DNA of 64,000 nucleotides from the human T2T-CHM13v2.0 reference genome, Homo sapiens: NCBI GenBank assembly GCA_009914755.4, contig CP068257.2, positions 26,912,001 to 26,976,000 of the forward strand, read 5' to 3'. Shown piece by piece: positions 54,772 to 64,000 of this stretch (position 1 is its first letter; each line of letters starts with the position of its first letter). The notes under the pieces were generated by a model. It saw only the letters and a program-made list of their open reading frames with translations, ran no database searches and was not told where the DNA came from. The position numbers and the translations under genes were made by a program.

Positions 54772-55406
54772 AGGTTACAAGGGGAAAGTAACATAAAACC
54801 TTTGAATGCTCTAGAATACTGTTTTTGCATTTCCTTCTTAATTCTTATATGACTACAACCCCAAGAAGGTTTTCTTTTCCTGGGTTGTTTTCTGAAGGAG
54901 CTCATCCTGCTACAACATCACTCCCACAATGTGTTTAGTTTCGGCAGCTCAGTTGGAGTCTGCCTTGCAATAAATGAACTTTCACTCTCAGCTCATATAT
55001 GGGGTGACAGCAGTGTTGTCTTCAATTGTCTTTATGACAGGGCTCTGGTTCCTACCTGGTTGATTCCAGAGTGCATGTCTACCCAGAAGTTGGTGGCGAG
55101 CCATGCAGGTGGCCTGCCTGAACTCTTGAATGCAGCAAGCTCTGCGTACTCATCTGGTCCAGGCAGGCCAACTGCTATAGGGAGAGGTGAACACAGTCCT
55201 TAGAATTAAAGGATTCTGTGGCTGGAAGATCTTGCAAGTCATCCTGGTTCAATCTCTACTTTCTGATGAGAAAATTGAGGCTCCTCATTGTCACACAATG
55301 TTTTGGTGCAAGATCTGAGATCAGAATCGGTGTTTAGACCCTCAGTCTACCCTGCTTCATATAGAACTGGATTTTGTCTTTTTCCTTTAAAAGAGGGCCT
55401 TTAAGG

Positions 55407-55600
55407 TGGGGAACGTCACACACCAGGGCCTCTCAGGGAGTGAGGGGCTGGGGGAGGGATAGCATTAGGAGAAATACCTAATGTAAATGACGAGTTGATA
55501 GGTGCAGCAAACCAACATGGCACATGTATACCTATGTATCAAACCTGCACATTGTGCACATGTACCCTAGAACTTAAAAGTATAATAAAAAAAGAAAAGA
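55407..55600 (+). mobile_element. LINE-1 extreme 3' end fragment (~190 bp, young-ish L1PA-type)
   Basis: GGGGAACGTCACACACCAGGGCCTCTCAGGGAGTGAGGGGCTGGGGGAGGGATAGCATTAGGAGAAATACCTAATGTAAATGACGAGTTGATAGGTGCAGCAAACCAACATGGCACATGTATACCTATGTATCAAACCTGCACATTGTGCACATGTACCCTAGAACTTAAAAGTATAATAAAAAAAG. Confidence 0.8.
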
Positions 55601-57044
55601 GGACCCTTCAAATTTCTGCCTGTCACAGGAGTAGTTTGTACCATTCCCTATATGAGAAAGACAGATGGGAACTTTCCAGGTGAGTAACAAGTTTGATTTT
55701 TCATTCAGCAAATGTCTAGAGTGGGTGAAGATAGAAATGTCTATTTTATTCCACATTGACCAGTAAATGACCTGCTGTACAAACTGCTCAGCAATTCTCC
55801 TCATTTTGCAGATGAGAAAATAGAAGTTCTATAAGTTGTAATGACTTAACCTGAGACCATATGATAAAGAATATTTTCAGGGTGCAAACCCCAGTGTCTC
55901 TATTGTCAAAGCTTGCACTCCACATACCACTCTTGCCTCTCCAAAGCCTCCCACCATTTGCTTTTTAGCTTGGCACAGATCTTACTAAAATGTCTTTGCC
56001 CACTTTCCTGCTTTGGTAATACAGTGGAGTGGTCAGAGTTGAAGTCTTCTTTGATGCATTGGGACCATGTTGTGCCACAGACAATTGTTCTTGGGCATGA
56101 ATTTTTCTTGTACAGGTCCGTGCATGTAACTACCTTAAGGAGACAGGATTGTCCTAAATCTGCACTGACCACGTCCTTGAATATTGTTTTCCTCCTGATT
56201 TTAGGCATGTATCATGTAGGATTGATCCACATGTGGATGCACTTATGTCAACAAAAAGCATGCATAATTTCAAACATTCAGGCCTTGGTCTGCTCTTGCT
56301 CATAGCACCTCCACACAGCCAAGGCAGAATTCCCATTTGGGAACCAGAAGCTTTGCAAAGGAACTCCATTGGCATGTATTAGAATGCTGGTTGTTTTGAC
56401 AGACCCAAGACTTCACTGAGCTCAACTGCACACAGATATTAATGCTGAGTCTCAAATATATTGAAAGCGGAAGAAGAACAGATTGTTCCTCTGTGTAGTG
56501 GTTTCGTTCTGAAGAACTCTCTTTGAAGTCAAGGAAATGGATGCCTGCAACAGATAGAGAGTGCAGTGGAGAATGGCACTCATGTGTCACTCTTAAATAC
56601 TTTCAACTTGGCTATTTTTAAGTCAAATGTCTTCAAATATGTCAAAAGCACTTGTTCTAAATTAAGAATAAAGGCCATGGCAAGTTGTGACTTTTTTTTT
56701 AACTAAGTCAGTTTTTCAGCTCTTTAAACATGACTGAATCCATATGGAAACTTTTGTTCAATATGAAAACCATATTTTTCCATATTCCTGAATGGCCAGT
56801 CCAAATTTCCTCATGCTTAAATATTTTAACATATATACAGATACGTAAACACATTGAATGTAAATATGTATATGTGTATCTGTGTGAGTTAATCCATGTA
56901 TCGTGTGTTTATGTGTGTATATGTGTATATCAAGTATAGAAAGTGTTCATTTTAAGGCCAGTTTTGATTGAAAAATTTAATATACTTTATTAGTAAGTGC
57001 CATAACTAGGATGTTTCTATTTCAATGTCAAAATACAGCAACAA

Positions 57045-57215
57045 TAAAATTATAACAATTATGTTCCATTGAAGGTATCCATGATATTTGGACAAAAAAA
57101 TTGCTTGCTTGACCTGTTAGTGACTTTCTCAGTACAGTAAATTATTTTTGGCCAATATGTTAAAGTAAAATTTTCATAACAACACACACACACACATACA
57201 CTCACACAACCTGTT
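57045..57215 (+). repeat. Copy A of a ~135 bp dispersed direct repeat (partner at 57975-58125)
   Basis: tataacaattatgttccattgaaggtatccatgatatttggacaaaaaaattgcttgcttgacctgttagtgactttctcagtacagtaaattatttttggccaatatgttaaagtaaaattttcat. Confidence 0.6.
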
Positions 57216-57974
57216 GCAGGATAATAAAAAGAGAAACTGCAGACCTGAGAAAGTAGTGTTGGCAGTACCAGTTGGAATATCCAAAAATTCACAAATCAAA
57301 GACAAATTTTGAGTTGTAACAGTATAGAGAGATAGTACTGTAACATGGCGGGCAATCCAAGCCCCAAGCATTCAAAATTCATTTTGGGCAGGATTTCTAA
57401 AAATGGGAAACAAAACAAAACAAAACAAAAACGCCAGGGAGCCTTAAAAGGTAGTTCTCTAAGTTACCAAAATCGTATTGTTCTCCAGAATATATCATTA
57501 CAACTAAAACAGTGTTGTACATGCAGACCCATCCAAATTATGTTTGCCCATGAGCTCCATAAAGAAGCCAAATATGTGTGACTCTGTTGCCCTGCAACAG
57601 GCATCTCCTGACTCCTCTGGCTGGTCATCTCACTCCCATTATTACTCTTCAGTAGAAAATAACTTTGGGGTAACAAGGAAGGCAGGATAAAATACACAAA
57701 TAAACTTGGTAGAAGCATTAAAAAAAATGGGAAAAAACTGTGTTGAGGTAAAAGACAAAGCTGATGATGTCCTAAATGGAGGCATTTTTATTAACTCATG
57801 GTCTGTATTCAGTAACAGTTTCATTTATTTATTCATTCATTTATTTCAAGCTATGCATTGAGCAACGTCTCAATGTGCCAAGCAATATGCACAGTGGTTA
57901 CAGTGATAAATAAGACAGAAAAGGCTTCTGCCTCAATAAAGTTTACAGTTTAATGGCAAAGGCAGGCAAAGATG

Positions 57975-58125
57975 AAAGAAGTAAAATTGTTATAATTATG
58001 TTCCATTAAAAGTATCTATGATATTTGGACAAAGAAATTGCTATCTTAACCTATTAGTGATTTTCTCAGTGAAATAAATTATTTTTGGCCAACTTGCTAA
58101 AGTGAAATTTTTACTGGGGAAAGTA
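57975..58125 (+). repeat. Copy B of the ~135 bp direct repeat (~85-88% identical to copy A)
   Basis: tgttataattatgttccattaaaagtatctatgatatttggacaaagaaattgctatcttaacctattagtgattttctcagtgaaataaattatttttggccaacttgctaaagtgaaatttttac. Confidence 0.6.
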
Positions 58126-58301
58126 TGACATATTTATTGAACAGCAAGAAATTCTGACCAGAATTCAGTGACCAAAGAAACACATATCAATGAGTAGGAT
58201 AAGGAGAGATTATGGAGGCTTGCAAGAGGTATTCAAATTGGATTACGGGTGGAGGCTTAGTCAATTTTTAATATGAATGATATGGTAAAAACATTGTTTG
58301 A

Positions 58302-58683
<382 letters not shown>

Positions 58684-59589
58684 CTAGGTTTCTGACATCC
58701 AAGATTAGGTTATGTTCACCCAATCCATGCAAATATATGACTCTACTCCTTCACTCTAGCCAACAGGTTTAATCTTACTTTTTTCTTCTTTGTCTGCCTT
58801 TGCGATTAAACTGTAAACTTCACGGAGGCAGAAGCTCATTCTGTCTTATTTATTACCATAACCACTATGCATATTACCTGGCACATTGAGAAGTTGCTCA
58901 ATACATAGCTTGAAATAAATGAACGAATAAGTGAATGAAGCTATTACACAATATAGACGATGAGATAATAAAGGTTTAAATTAAGATTATGGATACGAAA
59001 AGAGAGGAAGAAATATTGCAAACATTGAAAATTAGATTAGCATGATTTTATATAGAAGATGCAAGAGGGGCTGATACAAAGATATTAACAGTTTGCATCT
59101 GTACAGACCTTGATAATTTACATAGTATTTTCACAAATGACTTAACAATTTTGAACAACTTTGCCCCATGTTTTCCATCCGAAACAAACAAAATTATGTT
59201 GACGATATTGAGGAAATCCAAGACTTGAGCTGCAGGACCATTTGGAGGGATATGTTAAGTTCAGTTGTAGTCACACTGAATTTGAAAATAAGGCAGAATG
59301 TTGAAATGAAAATATCTAGTATTAAATTGAAAATATGGAACACTGACATGAAAGAACAGTTCTGGAGATACAAACTGATTGTCTTTCAGGGCTGAAAAAG
59401 CAAGGAGACACTTTCAACCAAAACCCAAGTCAGTTTAATAATATGTTTTCATTCTCCAATTTTAAAATTTTCACTTTAGGGTATCAATTGCATTTTTTAA
59501 TTTGTATATTCAAGTAAACTAAAAACTCCTATTAGCTTCAAGGCTAATACGTTTTCAACTTCAAAAAAAAAAAAAAAAGAAATGCGATA

Positions 59590-62500
59590 CCAGAAAAAAT
59601 GGCTGATAGGAGGTAGGACTAAATTGCAGCTCCCACTCAGATGGACAGAGCAGCATATGGAGACCCACTTCATGAACTTTTGCTCCAAGAACTACTGAGG
59701 AACATAACAGGAAACCCAAGAGAATCCATAGACCCTTTGAAGGAGGTGGATGGCTATTGCAGGCTCTGTGAGACAGCTGAGGAACTGTGAGTTGGCTTGC
59801 TTTCTCAGCTGGGAGGCTTGTAGCCTTGAGTAAGTTCTCAGCCATGCTCGCCGGCTGCCTGGAAATAAATTCAATGCTATTGGCAGGGCACAGTGGGAGT
59901 GACACTGGCCTTTTGGGCTGTGGACTGCATGGGAGCTGGGTGAGGCCTGTGGCTGCCAGCTTTCCCCCACTTTAATGATGACCTGGGTGACTCAACAGGG
60001 GCAGCCATCATCCCCCGGGAAACATAATTCCATTGGCCTGAGAACCACACCCCCATCCCTCACAGCAGCCACAGCAAGCCCTGCCCAAGGAGAGTCTGAC
60101 CTCAGAAATGCCTAAACCTGCTCCCACCTGAACGTCCTCCCTACCCACTCTGGTCGTCAAAGACAAAGGACATAATCTCTTGGGAGCTCTATGGCCCCAC
60201 CCACCACCTGTTCCTTCCTCTACTACCACAGCTGATGCACTCTTGAAAGCACCATCTCCTGGCTGGAGGCCAACCAGCACACGTAACAAAAATACAACCA
60301 AGAACCCTCACAGAATCCACTTCACTCCCCTGCTACCTCCATGGGAGCAGAAGCTAGTATCCATGACTAGGAGACCTGAAGATGGGTCACATCACAGGAC
60401 TCTTTGCCAACACTCCCCAGTACCAGCTTGGAGCACAGTAGCTCTTCTGGGTGGTTAGATCCAAAAAAGAAACAACAATCACTGCAGTTCAGTTCTCAGG
60501 AAGCCCACCCCTAGGGGAAAGAGGAGAGCACCACATCAAGGGAGCACCCTGTGGGAAAAAGAAACTGAACAGCAGCCCTTGAGTCCCAGATCTTCACTCT
60601 GACATAGTCTACCCAAATGAGAAGGAACCAGAAAAACGGTTCTGGTAACACAACAAAACAAGGTTATTTAACATCCCCAAAAGATCACACTAGCTCACCA
60701 GCAATGGATCTAAACCAAGAAGAAACCTCTGAATTGCCAGAAAAAAAAAAAAAAAACAACAGAAGGTTGACTATTAAGCCAATCAAGGAGGCACCAGAGA
60801 AAGGTGAAGTCCAACTTAAAGAAAAAAAAAAAAAAAGATATAGGATATGAATGGAAAAATCTCCAGTGAAACAGATAGCATAAATAAAAAACAATCACAC
60901 TTTCTGGAAATCAAGGACACACTTAGAGAAATGTAAAATGCACTGGAAAGTCTCAGCAATAGAATAGAACAAGGAGAAGAAAGAATTTCAGAGCTCAAAG
61001 ACAGGGCTTTTGAATTAACTCAATCTGACAAAGACAAAAAATTTTTTTAAAGAACAAAGCCTCCAAGAAGTTTCAGATTATGCTAAATGACCAAAACTAA
61101 GAATAATTGGTGTTCCTGAGGGAGAAGAGAAATCTGAAGGTGTGGAAAACATATTTGAGGGAATCATCCAGGAAAACTTCCCCAGCCTTACTGGCGATCT
61201 AGACATCCAAATACAAAAAGCTCAAAGAACACCTGGGAAATTCATCACAAAGAGACCATCACCTAGGCACATGGTCATCAGGTTATTTATAGTCACGACA
61301 AAGGAAAGAATCTTAAGAGCTGTGAGGCAAAAGCATCAGATAACCTATAAAGAAAACCCTGTCTGATTAACAGCAGATTTCACAGCAGAAACTACAGGTT
61401 AGAAGGGATTGGGGTTCTATTTTTAGCTTCCTTAAACAAAACAATTATTAGCCAAGAATTTTGTATCCAGAAAAACTAAATTTTGTAAATGAAGGACAGA
61501 TAGTCTTTTTCAGACAAACAAATGCTGAGAAAATTTCCCACTACCAAGCCAGCACTATAAGAACTGCTAAAAGGAGCTCTAAATCTTCAAACGAATCCTT
61601 GACATACACCAAAATAGAACCTCCCAAAAGCAAAAATTTCACAGGACCTATAAAACAATACAATGAAAAAAAAATAAGATATTCAGGCAACAAATAACAT
61701 GATAATTAGAATAGTATGTCACATCTTAATACTAATGTTGAATGTAAATGGCCTAAATGCTTCATTTAAAAGATGCAGAATGGCAGAATGGATAAGGATT
61801 CACCAACAAAGTGTCATCAAGAGACTCACCTGACACATAAGGACTCACACAAACTTAAGGTAAAGATATAGAAAAAAATATGCCATGCAAATGGACACCA
61901 AAAGAGAGCAGAAGTAGCTATTCTTGTATCAGGCGAAACAAACTTTAAAGCAACAGCAGTTAAAAAAGACAAAGAGAGACATTACGTAATGATAAACGGA
62001 CTAGTCCAACAGAAAAATATCACAATTCTAAATATATATGCACCTAACACTGGAGCTCCCAAAGTTATAAACAATTACTACTAGGCCTAAGAAATGAGAT
62101 AGGCAGCCACACAATAATAGTGTGGGAATTTAATACTCCACTGACAGCACTAGACAGGTCATCAAGATGGAAGTTCAAAAAAGAAACAATGAATTTAAAC
62201 TATACCCTACAACAAAAATGGACTTAACAGATATTTACAGAACATTCTACCCAACAACTGCAGAATTTACATTCTATCCATCAGCATATGGAACATTCCC
62301 CAAGATAGACCATATGATAGGCCACAAAACAAATCTCAACAAATTTAAGAAAATCAAAACTATAGCAAGTACTCTCTCAGACCAAAGTGGAATAAAATTG
62401 GAAATCAACTCCAAAAGGAACTCTCAAAATAATGCAAATACGTGGAAATTAAATAACTTGTTCCTGAATGATCATTGGGTCAATAATGAAATCAAGGTAG

Positions 62501-64000
62501 AATTTAAAATATTCTTTGAACTGAATGATAGTAGTGACATAACCTATCAAAACCTCTTGGATACTGCAACCGATATTACAACTGATACCACAGAAATACA
62601 AAAGATCATTCAAGGCTACTATGGACATCTTTACATGCATAAACTAGAAAACCTAGAGGAGATAGATAAATGCCTAGAAATATACAACCATGCAAGAGTA
62701 AACCAAAAATAAATAGACTCTGAACAGACCAACAACAAGCAGCAAGACTGAAACAGTAATTTAAAATTACCATTTTAAATGGGAGCAGCTCACACCTGTA
62801 ATCCCAGGAGCAGCTCACACCTGTAATCCCAGCACTTTGGGAGGCTGAGGCAGATGGATCACTTGAGGTCAGGAGTTCAAGACCAGCCTGGCCAACATGG
62901 CAAAACCTCATCTCTGCTAAAAATACAAAAATTAGCTGTGCATGGTGGTGGGCACCTGTAGTCCCAGCTACTCAGAATGCTGGGGAAGGGGAATCGCTTG
63001 AACCCAGGAGGGAAGCAGAGGTTGCAGTGAGTGAAGATCGTGCCACTGCACTCCAGTCTGGGAGACAGAGAGAGACACCATCTCAAAAAAAAAAAAAAAA
63101 AAAAAGTTACCAACAAAAAAATTTCAGGACAGACGAATTCACAGCTAAATTCTATCAGACATTCAATTCAAAGAAGAATTGGTACCAATCTTATTGACAC
63201 TATTCCAAAAGATAGTGATAGAGGGAATCCTCCCTAAATCATGCTATGAAGCCAGTAACACCCTAACACCAAAACCAGGAAAGGGCATAACAAGAAAAGG
63301 AAACTACAGACCAACATCCCTGATGAACATAGATGCAAAAATCCTCAAAAAAAAAAAAAAATCTAGCTAGCCAGATCCAACAGCATATCAAAAAGATAAT
63401 CCACCATGATCAAATGGGTTTCATAGCAGGAATGCAGGAATAGTTTAACATCTGCACGTCAATATATGCTATATACCACACAAACAGAATTTAAAACAAA
63501 AATCACATGATCATGTCAATAGATGCAAAAAAAAGCATTTGACAAAATCCAACATCCCTTTATGATTAAAACTTTCAGCAAGATCGGCATACAAGGGACA
63601 TACCTTAAGGTAATAAACACCATCTATGACAAACCCACAGCCAACATTACACTGAATGGGAAAAAGTTGAAAGCATTCTCCCTGAGAACTGGAACAAGGC
63701 AAGGATGCCCACTTTCACCACTTCTATTCAACACAGCACCAGAAGTCCTAGCCAGAGCAATCAGACAAGAGAAAGAAATAAAGGGCTTCCAAATAGGTGA
63801 AAAGGAAGTCAACCTGTCACTGTTTGCTGATGATGACTGTTTACCTACAAACCCCTAAAACCCCTCCAGAAAGCTCCCAGAACTAATAAAAGAATTCAGC
63901 AAAGTTTTCATATACAAAATTAAAGTATACAAATTAGTAGCTCTTCTATATGCCAACAGCAACCAAGCTGAGAATCAAATTAAGAACTCAACCCCTTTTA
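59590..64000 (+). mobile_element. LINE-1 (L1PB/L1MA-like), 5'UTR + ORF1 + most of ORF2, continuing past the window end; carries an AluS
   Basis: 5'UTR from ..ggctgataggaggtaggactaaattgcagctcccactcagatggacagagcagc. ORF1 remnant 61142-61366 (ENIFEGIIQENFPSLTGDLDIQIQKAQRTPGKFITKR). ORF2 from ~61699 (aacatgataattagaatagtatgtcacatcttaatactaatgttgaatgtaaatggcctaaatgc). EN fragment 62167-62712 and RT fragment 63523-63858 (..[39 protein letters not shown]). Confidence 0.9.
62781..63116 (+). mobile_element. AluS with a 24 bp tandem duplication of its 5' end, inserted in L1 ORF2
   Basis: GGGAGCAGCTCACACCTGTAATCCCAG|GAGCAGCTCACACCTGTAATCCCAGCACTTTGGGAGGCTGAGGCAGATGGATCACTTGAGGTCAGGAGTTCAAGACCAGCCTGGCCAACATGGCAAAACCTCATCTC..A21 tail. 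Confidence 0.9.

Overview
This 64 kb window is not prokaryotic. It reads as AT-rich hominid (most likely human) nuclear DNA from a gene-poor intergenic or deep-intronic region. Roughly half is recognisable interspersed repeat. Three plus-strand LINE-1 copies are present: a near full-length older primate L1 at ~5.6-12.1 kb carrying an AluY; a 5'-truncated L1 at ~12.2-18.2 kb later hit by an SVA and a 5'-truncated AluY; and an L1PB/L1MA-like copy from ~59.6 kb running off the window end with an AluS in ORF2. Also present are an ancient L1M ORF2 fragment; two THE1-type MaLR LTRs, one nested in an MLT1 LTR and one followed by ~2 kb of probable MaLR internal sequence; a Tigger1 (pogo) DNA transposon with TA target duplications hosting an antisense L1 3' end and an Alu right monomer; a palindromic MITE; about ten Alu copies; several di- and tetranucleotide microsatellites; and one perfectly homogeneous 6 x 56 bp minisatellite. 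I find no convincing protein-coding exon, rRNA or tRNA gene, CRISPR array, or operon-like organisation. Every ORF longer than 100 aa in the six-frame track lies inside a transposable element (degenerate L1 ORF1/ORF2, Tigger transposase remnant), inside Alu or SVA sequence, or is an artefact of a tandem repeat. So I do not see a novel biological system here. The items worth a second look are structural: a hominid-specific SVA with a clean 15 bp target-site duplication and a likely ~100 bp 3' transduction; the 56 bp VNTR; a cruciform-capable palindrome built around a 3 x 24 bp array; a ~135 bp direct-repeat pair; and several datable nested-insertion chronologies. All family assignments are from my memory of consensus sequences, not from a database search, and coordinates of repeat ends are approximate to within about 10 bp.
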